Position numbers and translations under genes: made by a program. From contig JADGPR010000009.1 in assembly GCA_017882335.1 (NCBI GenBank), forward strand, positions 990-64,989: a stretch of 64,000 bases of DNA, read 5' to 3'. Below are positions 1 to 9,067 of the stretch, in pieces; position 1 is the stretch's first letter; each line of letters starts with the position of its first letter. The notes below the pieces were generated by a model. It had not been told where the DNA came from and ran no database searches. It saw nothing but the letters and a program-made list of their open reading frames with translations. This stretch comes from Bacteroidales bacterium (lineage in GTDB: Bacteria; Bacteroidota; Bacteroidia; Bacteroidales; FEN-979).

Positions 1-616
1 TAATCTTTGAGAAACGCTGCATTTCTGCTGCTGTTTCCTTGATCTGCGAGATGCTTCCGGCAGAAGAATCAATGTTGTCGGTATGAAGGGTTTGAATGGA
101 ATCGATGATCACCATACCGGGGCGAAGTTCTTCCAGGTGCTGGAAGATGATCTGTGTAGAAGTTTCCGTGAGAATATAGCAATCGGTATTTTTGATGCCG
201 ATGCGTTCCGCCCGCATGCGAATCTGTTGTTCGCTTTCTTCCCCGCTGATATAGAGCACTTTTATTCCTTTGCAATTCAGGGCGACCTGCAGCATAAGGG
301 TCGATTTTCCGATTCCAGGCTCTCCTCCAATCAGAACGACAGATCCAGGTACCAATCCACCTCCCAGGACCCGGTTGAGTTCTGCATCGTGTGTATGGAT
401 CCGCTGATCGGTATCAAAGGTGATTTCTGTAACGGGTTGAGGTTTCCGCTCCCTTCCTGATGCGCCCATGGATTGCCATTTACCGGCTTTTTCTTCGCGC
501 TGAACAACCTCTTCGACATAAGTATTCCATTCGCCACAGGAAGGACACTTCCCAATCCATTTTGAGGATTGGGCTCCGCAGTTCTGGCAGAAAAATGTGG
601 TCTTGGTTTTTGCCAT
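1..616 (-). CDS. radA: DNA repair protein RadA/Sms, N-terminal ~205 codons; the 3' end lies beyond the window start
   Basis: Manual minus-strand translation from ATG at 616 gives MAKTKTTFFCQNCGAQSSKWIGKCPSCGEWNTY (C4 zinc ribbon), then LIGGEPGIGKSTL (Walker A). It is missing from the ORF track because no stop lies inside the window. Confidence 0.9.
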   Translation of the reverse strand, partial: MAKTKTTFFCQNCGAQSSKWIGKCPSCGEWNTYVEEVVQREEKAGKWQSMGASGRERKPQPVTEITFDTDQRIHTHDAELNRVLGGGLVPGSVVLIGGEPGIGKSTLMLQVALNCKGIKVLYISGEESEQQIRMRAERIGIKNTDCYILTETSTQIIFQHLEELRPGMVIIDSIQTLHTDNIDSSAGSISQIKETAAEMQRFSKI

Positions 617-636
617 GGAGGAAAGATAAGAATAAA

Positions 637-1134
637 TTATTGATGAAGCTTCAGGATCTTTTGTTCGATTCCGGTAGTACTGTAACCCGGCGTAAGTTCA
701 ATGGTCTTGACCTTTCCTCCTTTTCCAAGCACAATATCATGTCCGACAATCTCTTTGGGCTTATAGTCTCTGCCTTTCACAAGTACATCGGGCTGAATTG
801 TTTTGATCAATTCATATGGCGTTTCTTCATCGAAAAGAACTACAGCCGTGACAAATCCCAGGGCAGCAAGGACCATCGAACGGGAATGTTCATCGTTGAT
901 CGGCCGGCTGTCGCCTTTGATCCTGTGAACCGAGAGGTCAGAATTTAGCCCGATCACCAGTACATCTCCTAAATTTGCAGCTTTTGCCAGATATTCAATA
1001 TGCCCGAGGTGGAGGATATCGAAACAGCCGTTCGTGAAAACCACTTTCATGTTTTTAAAATTCCATAATACACAGGCCCGTCTCAACTGCTCCCGGTCAA
1101 GGATCTTGGAAGAAAGGAATTCTAGCTTTTTCAT
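637..1134 (-). CDS. D-glycero-beta-D-manno-heptose 1-phosphate adenylyltransferase-like cytidylyltransferase (RfaE domain II type)
   Basis: 165-aa ORF with the nucleotidyltransferase motif NGCFDILHLGHIEYL and a C-terminal STTGIEQKI motif typical of RfaE-II/HldC. Confidence 0.8.
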   Translation of the reverse strand: MKKLEFLSSKILDREQLRRACVLWNFKNMKVVFTNGCFDILHLGHIEYLAKAANLGDVLVIGLNSDLSVHRIKGDSRPINDEHSRSMVLAALGFVTAVVLFDEETPYELIKTIQPDVLVKGRDYKPKEIVGHDIVLGKGGKVKTIELTPGYSTTGIEQKILKLHQ

Positions 1135-1142
1135 CTGGTTTT

Positions 1143-2210
1143 TTATTCGTGAAACTCATGGTTTAGTTTGCCCTTGGGTTTATACCTGTGATTAAATGTC
1201 AGCAGGATCAACGACAAACCCCCGACAATAAAGATCATGACAGTTTGTGCGGTCCAGGCAATCCAGCCCAGCGCCAGTCCGGTTACACGTGAAAGTCCGT
1301 AAAGTAATAAGGTTTCCTGGATAATCGCCGGATAGAGTCCGATCCCTCCCGGAGTGATCATGATCCCGATAGTGCCAAGAACAAGAGAAGACAAACCGGC
1401 TCCGGGGCTCAGTGTACTGGTTGAAGCGAAGCAGAAGAAACAGGTGTAGACCATCATGAAATAAAGAAACCAGATGGCCAGGGAATAAAAAACAAAGAGT
1501 ACCGGCCTCCGGATCTGGCTGAGGGATTTAAATCCTTCCCAGAAGCCATGGATAAGCAAACCAATTTTATGATAAAATTTGCTGTTTTTTATCTTTTTCC
1601 TGAAAAGAAGAAAAAGAAGGATGACCAGTGCAAAAAAACCTGCAATTCCGAAAAGGAAAAGGGAATTGGAAAAAGGATGGATAAATTTCCCCTGGAGCTC
1701 CGGGTAAACATGGTTGTTGAGGTAATCGCGCAGTGTACCGATTTGGGTAAAAATGGTCAGAAGGAACAAAAGGAAAAAAATGATCAGGTCCAATGCCCTT
1801 TCGGTGACCACCGTTCCGAAGGATTTGTTGAATGGGATCTTCTCGTATTTTGCAAGGATCCCACAACGGGTCACTTCGCCGAGCCTTGGAAAAGCCATGT
1901 TGGCAAAATAGCCAACCATAATGGCATAAAATGTATTTTTAAAAGAAGGATGATACCCCATGGGCTCGAAAAAGATCATCCAGCGTAACGAACGTATCAC
2001 ATGACTTAAAATGCCCAGGAGGATCGCAAGAAAAACCCAGTTATAATTGGCAATCCGGAAGGAATGGATGATCTCATCCTTTTCTGTAAGGGTCAGGTTC
2101 CGTATCGACAACCAGATAATAAGGATTCCCAATCCCAGGAAAAAAACGAACTTGATAAGTGTGAGGAATTTGTTCCTGTGGGAAGTGGATTCAGCGCCGA
2201 AAAATGCCAT
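1143..2210 (-). CDS. Polytopic membrane protein, lysylphosphatidylglycerol-synthase TM-region / flippase-like (UPF0104) family
   Basis: 355-aa ORF that is hydrophobic throughout with multiple predicted TM helices. Its start codon overlaps the panD stop by 1 nt (TAATG). Confidence 0.55.
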   Translation of the reverse strand: MAFFGAESTSHRNKFLTLIKFVFFLGLGILIIWLSIRNLTLTEKDEIIHSFRIANYNWVFLAILLGILSHVIRSLRWMIFFEPMGYHPSFKNTFYAIMVGYFANMAFPRLGEVTRCGILAKYEKIPFNKSFGTVVTERALDLIIFFLLFLLTIFTQIGTLRDYLNNHVYPELQGKFIHPFSNSLFLFGIAGFFALVILLFLLFRKKIKNSKFYHKIGLLIHGFWEGFKSLSQIRRPVLFVFYSLAIWFLYFMMVYTCFFCFASTSTLSPGAGLSSLVLGTIGIMITPGGIGLYPAIIQETLLLYGLSRVTGLALGWIAWTAQTVMIFIVGGLSLILLTFNHRYKPKGKLNHEFHE

Positions 2211-2578
2211 TAGTTCCGTTTTTTACCCTTCGTAAGCCGGTTGTTCTTGTCAGGAAATACGAGCCGGGGTTTGAATTTTTTCGCCTCTTCAAAATCCATC
2301 ATGGCATAGGAGGCAATAATCGTGATATCTCCGGGCACAAATTTCCGGGCAGCAGCGCCATTGAGGCAAATGATCCCGCTTCCTTTTTTTCCTTTGATCA
2401 CATAGGTTTCGATCCGTTCCCCGTTGTTGATGTTCAGCACATGAACCTTCTCAAATTCGATCAGGTTAGCGGCTTTCATAAGGTCCTCGTCGATAGTGAT
2501 ACTGCCAACATAATTGATATCCGCCTGGGTAACTATAGCCCTGTGGATCTTGGATTTCAATATTTCGATCTGCATCAT
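2210..2578 (-). CDS. panD: Aspartate 1-decarboxylase
   Basis: 122 aa: [33 protein letters not shown], including the GS self-cleavage site that yields the pyruvoyl group. Confidence 0.95.
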   Translation of the reverse strand: MMQIEILKSKIHRAIVTQADINYVGSITIDEDLMKAANLIEFEKVHVLNINNGERIETYVIKGKKGSGIICLNGAAARKFVPGDITIIASYAMMDFEEAKKFKPRLVFPDKNNRLTKGKKRN

Positions 2579-2587
2579 GCTGCAAAA

Positions 2588-3436
2588 TTACGAAAAAAGT
2601 TCCATATTATCGATGAGACGTACATCTCCAAGAAAAACGGCAGTGCAGGCCAGGGCATTTTCTTTTTCCTTCCAGTTTTCAAGGATGTGAAGGTCGTTTT
2701 TATCCACGATCTCAAAATACTCGACTGTGAAAGCAGGGTTCGAACTGATCTTTTTTATTGCCCATCGCCGGAGTTCTTTCACCGGTAAATGCCCGGCTTT
2801 TTCTTTCACCTTGCAGAGTGTCTGGTAGATCAGGGATGCCATCTCCCGTTCGCCGATTGTTAGCCGTAAATTGCGTGAACTCATGGCCAATCCATCAGGC
2901 TCACGAAAGGTAGGGCTGGCATGAATCTGCACAGGGAGCTGAAGAACAGAAACCAGGTGCCGGATGATTAGCAATTGCTGATAATCCTTCTTTCCAAAAT
3001 AGGCATGGTCGGGAGTAATAATTTCAAATAATTTTTTCACGATAATGGCCACTCCCTTAAAATGGCCGGGGCGAAATTTCCCTTCCATGACTTTGTCAAG
3101 GGACCCGAAATTAATGTCCAGACGAGGAGTTCCTTCCGGATAGACCTCTTCATTTTCAGGAATAAAAACATAATCACAACCAGCCGACTGAAGCAGTCTG
3201 AGATCTTCCTTCAGGTTACGCGGGTATTTTTCGAGATCCTTTTTATTGTTAAACTGGATAGGATTGACAAAAATACTACAAACCGTGATGTCGTTGGCTT
3301 TCTTGGACTCTTCCATCAATGAAAGATGCCCTTCGTGCAACGCGCCCATGGTCGGGACAAATCCAATGGAGTGCCCGGCTTTGTGTTCCTTCTGCACGGC
3401 CTTTACCATTTCGCTGATCAGAGAAAAGGTCTTCAT
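2588..3436 (-). CDS. panC: Pantoate--beta-alanine ligase
   Basis: 282 aa with GFVPTMGALHEGHLSL (HxGH), SIFVNPIQF and AMSSRN motifs. Confidence 0.95.
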   Translation of the reverse strand: MKTFSLISEMVKAVQKEHKAGHSIGFVPTMGALHEGHLSLMEESKKANDITVCSIFVNPIQFNNKKDLEKYPRNLKEDLRLLQSAGCDYVFIPENEEVYPEGTPRLDINFGSLDKVMEGKFRPGHFKGVAIIVKKLFEIITPDHAYFGKKDYQQLLIIRHLVSVLQLPVQIHASPTFREPDGLAMSSRNLRLTIGEREMASLIYQTLCKVKEKAGHLPVKELRRWAIKKISSNPAFTVEYFEIVDKNDLHILENWKEKENALACTAVFLGDVRLIDNMELFS

Positions 3437-3501
3437 GGATTCAGGTAAAAAGGGTAGCTGCTATTGACTATTCTGGATCAAAATTAGAACTATTTTTTGT
3501 T

Positions 3502-3619
3502 AATTATGAATTATGAGATATGAGTTTGAATTATGATTTCATTCTGATCAGAAGCATCTGAATACATTAGAAACTGTCATCTGATCAAGATTCATAATTC
3601 ACCCTCATAATTCATAATT
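3502..3619. repeat. 118-bp intergenic element bounded by perfect 16-nt inverted repeats made of ttatga/tcataa words
   Basis: aattatgaattatgag at 3502-3517 and its exact reverse complement ctcataattcataatt at 3604-3619. The interior holds a second palindromic tctgatca motif. Confidence 0.7.
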
Positions 3620-3628
3620 TATTCTTAA

Positions 3629-3658
3629 AGAAAAAGCCGCTCCTTTCAGACCGGCTTC
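3629..3658 (-). terminator. Putative intrinsic terminator downstream of amt
   Basis: On the minus strand: gaagccg-gtctgaaaggag-cggcttttt. A 6-7 bp stem is followed by a T run, about 45 nt past the amt stop. Confidence 0.45.
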
Positions 3659-3699
3659 ACTAACAACTTGCATTCCTGCATTCAGCATTCCTGCATTAA

Positions 3700-4929
3700 C
3701 TAAAGGCTTCCTTCGTCGTAAGCTTTTTCGCCATGCAGTGCAATATCAAGTCCCAGTTTCTCATCTGCCTCGGTAACCCTAACCTTTACGAAGAGGTTGA
3801 TGAGGGCAAGCATGATATAAGTGAAAATGAAAGCGTAGGCCGATGCCGCCAGGACCGTGATCAGCTGTTTGAAGAAAAATGTTGACTCACCAAAAGCCAA
3901 ACCATTGACTGTAACACCTGGATTGATCAATTTACTGGCAAACACCCCGAGAAGGATAGTGCCGAGCACGCCGCCAACGCCGTGAACTCCCCAAACATCG
4001 AGGGCGTCATCCCATTTCATCTTGTTTTTCCACTGAACGGCAAGATAACACAATAATCCTGCAGCAATCCCGATCAGCGGAGATGCCCATAGCGGGACGA
4101 AACCGGCACAGGGGGTGATCGTGGCAAGTCCTGCGATCGAACCGGTGAGCAAGCCGAGCAATTTCGGCCTTCCTTCCCGGATCCATTCAATAACAACCCA
4201 TGCCACTGTGGCAAAAGAAGCTGCAATATCTGTATTCAAAAATGCGATGGCCGTAATCTTGTCCACCTGCAATTCGCTGCCCGCATTGAACCCGTACCAG
4301 CCGAACCACAATAAACCTGATCCGATTGCTACCAGGGGAATGCTGTTTGGCGTCGAATTTTTATCCACCCTGGCGCCAACATAGAAAACGGAAGCCAGGG
4401 CTGCAAAGCCTGCCGTAGCATGAACCACGATCCCGCCTGCAAAGTCAAGAACACCCCACTGTGCCAGTAAACCACCACCCCAAATCATGTGAACAAAGGG
4501 ATAGTAAACGAGGATCTGCCAAAATGTAAGGAAGATCATGTAAGATTTGAACGTTACACGGCCGGTGAAAGCCCCGGTGATCAAGGCAGGTGTGATAATG
4601 GCAAACATCATCTGGTAGGCAACAAAAACAATTTCCGGGATCTTGCCGTTGCCGGCAAAGACGGAATCCATGGTCACCCCATGAAGAAAAGCCTTGTCAA
4701 GATTCCCAAAAAATCCTCCTGCGCCTCCACTGAAGCAAAGGGAATACCCGAAAGCAAACCATAAAACAGTTGTCCATCCCAAAGAGGCAAAACTCTGGAT
4801 CATGATACCCAGGATATTTCTTTTTGTGGCCAGCCCTCCATAGAAGAAAGCCAGGGCCGGTGTCATTAGCATGACGAGGCTTGCTGATAGCAGCATAAAG
4901 CCCGTTGAACCAGTGTCAAATTGTCCCAT
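3700..4929 (-). CDS. amt: Ammonium transporter (Amt family)
   Basis: 409-aa polytopic ORF with FAFGYSL, DFAGGIVVHATAGFAAL and WGVHGVGGVLG signatures of Amt/MEP. Confidence 0.95.
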   Translation of the reverse strand: MGQFDTGSTGFMLLSASLVMLMTPALAFFYGGLATKRNILGIMIQSFASLGWTTVLWFAFGYSLCFSGGAGGFFGNLDKAFLHGVTMDSVFAGNGKIPEIVFVAYQMMFAIITPALITGAFTGRVTFKSYMIFLTFWQILVYYPFVHMIWGGGLLAQWGVLDFAGGIVVHATAGFAALASVFYVGARVDKNSTPNSIPLVAIGSGLLWFGWYGFNAGSELQVDKITAIAFLNTDIAASFATVAWVVIEWIREGRPKLLGLLTGSIAGLATITPCAGFVPLWASPLIGIAAGLLCYLAVQWKNKMKWDDALDVWGVHGVGGVLGTILLGVFASKLINPGVTVNGLAFGESTFFFKQLITVLAASAYAFIFTYIMLALINLFVKVRVTEADEKLGLDIALHGEKAYDEGSL

Positions 4930-4984
4930 TTTTTTAAATTAAAAATTAAAAATTAAGAATGAAAAATTATGTTGTTTGTTTTTT

Positions 4985-5015
4985 TTCACCACAATAGGCA
5001 CATAGAACACAATAG
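4985..5015. repeat. Dispersed repeat module B (ttcaccacaatag...cacaatag)
   Basis: ttcaccacaataggcacatagaacacaatag. Related copies lie at 15214-15245, 19453-19490, inverted at 19506-19539, and partially at 38399-38414. Confidence 0.7.
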
Positions 5016-5067
5016 TTTATTTTTTTACTCACCAAATCGCCAGCTCACCAGCTCGCGAACTCATCAG

Positions 5068-5868
5068 CTATAAGGAGACCCCAAACACCAGGAATACGCT
5101 CTGTGCCTGTGGATTTGAAATGACGGATGTAAAGACAGGCAGATCATATTCTTTGGAGATCCGGATCGATTTTGAAACAGTCAGCCCGGCATTTACAACA
5201 CCTCCGTAAGGCCCGAACCACCCGCTGCCAAAGGGAATACCTCCCACAAAGGGTTTTACACTGATCCCTCTGACCGTAAAAGGACAGGATACTTCAAAGT
5301 AGGTTGAATAATTATTTTTTGTTCCCAGGCAGTACACTCCGGTCGAGTCCTTCCCTTTATCTGCACCGTAAAACAGCGTACCTGCGAATACCTGTATAGG
5401 GAATTTTTCCGGGCCGGTGAAGGTTATACAAGCTTCAAAAGCATGCCCTGTTTGTTTGGAATCATAGTTGAAATACCGGTTGTTATCATTCGCGGTGAGT
5501 CCGTTTGGAAAGAAATAATCAGTAACGCCTACCGTAAACCATTTCCAGGTATAGGAAATATAGGGATCAAACTCGGCATAATTGCCTGAATTTTCATTGT
5601 AGATAACGCCATAGGATCCCCAAACCCCGATCTTAAATCCGGCAAGCGAAAATGAGACATTGGGCTGTATGGCGGGTGAATTCCCGTAATCTTTTCCCCG
5701 CCAGATATAACGGCTTACCAGGTCGGCGCCCAAACTGAACCGGACAGACTTTGCCGATCCCTTTTCATCCTGATGTGTGTCGTCGGTTTGTGAAAAACAG
5801 GGCGAGATGGAAATTGCAACAAGGAGAGAAGTCAGGATAGATTTGAAGGCAGGTACTCTTTTTTTCAT
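5068..5868 (-). CDS. TorF-family (Gcw_chp-type) putative outer-membrane porin, co-oriented upstream of amt
   Basis: 266 aa with a signal peptide and alternating beta-strand pattern. The VSRYIWRGKDYGNSPAIQPNVSFSLAGFKIGVWGSY motif resembles the TorF porin family. Confidence 0.6.
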   Translation of the reverse strand: MKKRVPAFKSILTSLLVAISISPCFSQTDDTHQDEKGSAKSVRFSLGADLVSRYIWRGKDYGNSPAIQPNVSFSLAGFKIGVWGSYGVIYNENSGNYAEFDPYISYTWKWFTVGVTDYFFPNGLTANDNNRYFNYDSKQTGHAFEACITFTGPEKFPIQVFAGTLFYGADKGKDSTGVYCLGTKNNYSTYFEVSCPFTVRGISVKPFVGGIPFGSGWFGPYGGVVNAGLTVSKSIRISKEYDLPVFTSVISNPQAQSVFLVFGVSL

Positions 5869-6016
5869 TGAGTGCAGGATTGTTGAGAATTAAATTGAGT
5901 CCTACAATTTTACGCTCAATTAAAATACTGTACAATCCTGCAAATTACTGATATTGAAATAAGAGAAATACTTATTTGTGAAACTAAAATTTTAATGTTC
6001 TTACACCCTCCCTAAT

Positions 6017-6036
6017 CCTCCCCCATATGGGGGAGG
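6017..6036 (-). terminator. Perfect 20-nt palindrome just 3' of the response-regulator stop (hairpin, no T tract)
   Basis: cctcccccatatgggggagg. It belongs to the loose C-rich/G-rich hairpin module also seen at 24568-24620 and 59105-59128. Confidence 0.3.
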
Positions 6037-6053
6037 GCCGGGGTGGGGGCTAT

Positions 6054-6713
6054 TCAGATCTCAGCGATTTTATTGCGAATCGCAAATTTCACCAGTTCAA
6101 CGGTGGATTTGAGACCCAGTTTGCGCATTATGTGATTTTTGTGGGTTTCAACAGTACGGATACTGATATCGAGTTTATCACTGATCTCCTTATTGATGAA
6201 TCCTTCGACATACAACTTCAGGATTTCAATTTCCCGGCTGGTAAGGACCGCATGGGTTTTGTCCTCCGGTTTGTCTTCGTTGGTCGCCCTTTTTATATAG
6301 CTTTTAAGCATGACCTTCGAGATGGATTCCCCAAAGAATTCTTCCCCTTTGTTGATCGTATAAATGGCTTCCAGGAGTTCATCCCTTGAGGTATTCTTCG
6401 GCAGGTAACCCCTGGCGCCCGCTTTCAGTGAATTGAAGATGAATTCTTCGTTGTTGTACATAGAAAGGATCAGTACGTTGATCCCCGGGTATTCACTGCA
6501 TATTTTTTTTGTGATCTCAATACCGGAAATTTCAGGCAGGGAAATATCCATGATCAGAAGGTCAGGTTTCAGGTTTTCCAGTACCCCGAATAATTCTGTT
6601 GCTCCGGAAGCCTCCCCAATGATCGCAATATCGGGAATACCGGTGAGTAATGCTTTGATCCCATCCCTTACCAATTGATGGTCGTCTATCAAGATGATCT
6701 TGATCTTTTCCAT
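6054..6713 (-). CDS. Response regulator, NarL/LuxR (REC + HTH) family
   Basis: 219 aa: N-terminal REC domain (ILIDDHQLV, LLIMDISLP) and C-terminal LuxR HTH (LTSREIEILKLYVEGFINKEISDKLDISIRTVETHKNHIMRKL). Confidence 0.9.
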   Translation of the reverse strand: MEKIKIILIDDHQLVRDGIKALLTGIPDIAIIGEASGATELFGVLENLKPDLLIMDISLPEISGIEITKKICSEYPGINVLILSMYNNEEFIFNSLKAGARGYLPKNTSRDELLEAIYTINKGEEFFGESISKVMLKSYIKRATNEDKPEDKTHAVLTSREIEILKLYVEGFINKEISDKLDISIRTVETHKNHIMRKLGLKSTVELVKFAIRNKIAEI

Positions 6714-6717
6714 GGTT

Positions 6718-8499
6718 TCAATAAACAGGTACGTTTATGATAATGGTTGTTCCTTCTCCCGCTGATGACTGGATGTTAATGGTTCCCTGCATCAGGGCTA
6801 CCCGCTCGCGCATATTGTGCAAGCCGTTTCCTTTCCCGGTAGCAGCATCTTCCACATCAAATCCCTTCCCATCATCCCGGAGAATAAAAGTAAGGATATC
6901 TTTGGATCTTGACAGCGTAAAGGTGATTTCTTTCGCTCCGGAATGTTTCAGTATATTATTCAGTGCCTCTTGCGCGATCCGGTAGAGATACGTTTTTGTT
7001 TTCGTGTTGATGTCCTCCAGTTCGCCTGTCGTTTGAAAAAGGATCTCCACTTCGCCATGTTCCTCGGTTTCATCACAGAGGTTTTTCAATGCAAGAATGA
7101 TCCCGAAAACTTCAAGTACCGAAGGCATCAGGTTGTTGGAGATTCTCCTGATCTCATCGATGGTAACATTAAACTGGTCTTTCAGGATACGGATCTGATC
7201 CTTGATCTCGGGATCATTCATATATAACAGGCTTTCCAGGCGGAGTTTATGTGCAACCAGGGATTGTCCGATCCCATCGTGGATCTCGCGTGATAGCCGC
7301 TGTCTTTCCTTCTCTTCGGCATCGATCACCGACCGTAACCGCCCTGTTCGTTCAGATTGCAATTCACGGGTTTTTTCTTTGATCTGCACCGACATGGAAT
7401 TAAAGGCCTGGGTCAGTGCACCTATTTCATCATTCGACCTCACCGGGATATCAATGTCATACTGGCCTTTCCCGACTTTAAGGGCGGCTTCTTTCAGTTG
7501 GATTATTGGCCGTGTGATCCGTTTTGAAATAATGAATACAAAGACAAAAAAGATGATGGAGATCAACATACTCAGCAGCAGGATGCTGTTGCGCATCCTG
7601 TAAATTGGCACCATGGCTTCTTTCTGGTCGATCTCGGCCAGAATGAACCAGTTCAAACCTGGTATTTTCACCCTGCTGTAAGACGAAAGGACTGGGATAA
7701 ACCTGTAATCCCGGGTGATAGTTTGGCCTTCCTCCCCGCGGATGGCATTCAATAGCGGCAGGGTATGAACGGTTGTTCTCAGGATAGAATTCCTGATGAA
7801 TCTGGAACTGGACCGCATTTTAAAATCTTTTCCCACCAGGTAAGTTTCCCCTGTCAGGCCCAAGCCACTATTCGGATCGTTGTTCAACATGATGGTATTA
7901 ATTTCATCGGAAGGCAACTCCAGGATGATCCGGCCTGTAAGGCTGTGGTTCGCTGTAAATACAGGCGCTTCCATGAACATTTTTATTTTTCCGGAGATAG
8001 GGTCAATCATTTCATCCCGGAGGATTACCGGCATCGGATTCATTTGAATGAGTTTCCGGCTGCCAGATTCAATCGTGGGATCAGCAGTATATCCTTTAAC
8101 GAATTTATTATTATTTGAGATGATCATTAAACTTGTAAAGTACCCGGTCAGTGATTTGTATTTTTCCAGGTAACCAGCCAACTCCCTTTTGCACTCCCTT
8201 TCCGGAGCGTAGAACTGCATCTCAGCGATTTTTCGCGTATCATAGGAACCGGAAAGCAGGATCACCTCCTTGATCCGGTCTTTAAAAAAGATCTCAACCT
8301 GGTTTTTTTTGGCAATCCTCAAGGATGTGAGCTGATCAAACGTACGGCTCATCAAGGCATCCTGGGTACTGAAAAAGGAATATATACTGATGAAGAAAAT
8401 GGTCCCCAACCCGAGGGAAAGGAAATAGAGAATAAGTTTCTCGCTCAGGGTGATATTCTTCATCGAAATTTTGCTACTTTTGGCTTTCTGGTCCAGCAA
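6718..8499 (-). CDS. Sensor histidine kinase (periplasmic Cache-like sensor, HAMP, HisKA_3, HATPase_c)
   Basis: 593 aa with two TM segments flanking a ~270-aa extracytoplasmic domain. HAMP region (RPIIQLKEAALKV...DEIGALTQAFNSM), H-box REIHDGIGQSL, N/G boxes (ALNNILKHSGA, DDGKGF, GNGLHNMRERV). A 4-nt gap separates it from the response-regulator gene. Confidence 0.9.
   Translation of the reverse strand: MLDQKAKSSKISMKNITLSEKLILYFLSLGLGTIFFISIYSFFSTQDALMSRTFDQLTSLRIAKKNQVEIFFKDRIKEVILLSGSYDTRKIAEMQFYAPERECKRELAGYLEKYKSLTGYFTSLMIISNNNKFVKGYTADPTIESGSRKLIQMNPMPVILRDEMIDPISGKIKMFMEAPVFTANHSLTGRIILELPSDEINTIMLNNDPNSGLGLTGETYLVGKDFKMRSSSRFIRNSILRTTVHTLPLLNAIRGEEGQTITRDYRFIPVLSSYSRVKIPGLNWFILAEIDQKEAMVPIYRMRNSILLLSMLISIIFFVFVFIISKRITRPIIQLKEAALKVGKGQYDIDIPVRSNDEIGALTQAFNSMSVQIKEKTRELQSERTGRLRSVIDAEEKERQRLSREIHDGIGQSLVAHKLRLESLLYMNDPEIKDQIRILKDQFNVTIDEIRRISNNLMPSVLEVFGIILALKNLCDETEEHGEVEILFQTTGELEDINTKTKTYLYRIAQEALNNILKHSGAKEITFTLSRSKDILTFILRDDGKGFDVEDAATGKGNGLHNMRERVALMQGTINIQSSAGEGTTIIINVPVY
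8475..8482 (+). promoter_or_regulatory. Bacteroidota-type -7 box TActTTTG upstream of the flavodoxin gene
   Basis: Matches the TAnnTTTG consensus 64 nt upstream of ATG 8546. It lies inside the 5' end of the divergent kinase gene. Confidence 0.35.
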
Positions 8500-8545
8500 G
8501 ATCAGTGAATATAAAGGATTACAAACGCATTATTTTTTGGAAGAC

Positions 8546-9052
8546 ATGGCAAAGATCGGGATATTTTATGGCTCAACGACCGGTAACACGGAAAAAGTTG
8601 CAGACCTCATAAGGCAGGCTTTCGGTGACGAAAATGCCGATGTTTACAATGTGGATGTCACCGAATTGGCAGATATTGAAAAATACAGCTATATCATATT
8701 CGGCGTATCAACCTGGGGTGTAAGCGATCTTCAGGATGATTTTGAGGATTTCATGGAGATTCTTGAGCAGGTTGATTTCTCAGGGAAAAAAGTAGCCCTT
8801 TTCGGCCTTGGGGATCAGAGTACCTATACAGATTCTTTTGTGGATGCTATGGGTATTCTCTATGACCGGCTGAAGAAAAAAGGAGTGAAGATCGTTGGAT
8901 TCGTACCCCGGAAAGGATACAGTTTTAATGCTTCCATGGCATTGGTGAAAGATCAGCTTGCAGGGCTGGCCATTGATGAGGAATTCGAGGGCAACCTCAC
9001 TGGCAAACGTGTAAATGAATGGGTTGAAATGTTAAAGAAGGAATTTGTTTAA
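8546..9052 (+). CDS. fldA: Flavodoxin (long-chain)
   Basis: Internal Met of track ORF 8450-9052: MAKIGIFYGSTTGNTEKVA (FMN phosphate-binding loop). The start is trimmed because the upstream part of the ORF overlaps the kinase gene. Confidence 0.9.
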   Translation: MAKIGIFYGSTTGNTEKVADLIRQAFGDENADVYNVDVTELADIEKYSYIIFGVSTWGVSDLQDDFEDFMEILEQVDFSGKKVALFGLGDQSTYTDSFVDAMGILYDRLKKKGVKIVGFVPRKGYSFNASMALVKDQLAGLAIDEEFEGNLTGKRVNEWVEMLKKEFV

Positions 9053-9067
9053 GAAATTATTAAACTT

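Noticed and set aside
83-460. 125-aa plus-strand ORF at the window start
   Set aside because: It is antisense to a clear radA reading frame (zinc ribbon plus Walker A on the minus strand) and has no recognisable motif of its own.
2738-2752. gggttcgaactgatc, resembling a tRNA T-arm (GGTTCGAA)
   Set aside because: It lies inside the well-supported panC coding frame, and no acceptor or anticodon stems could be built around it.
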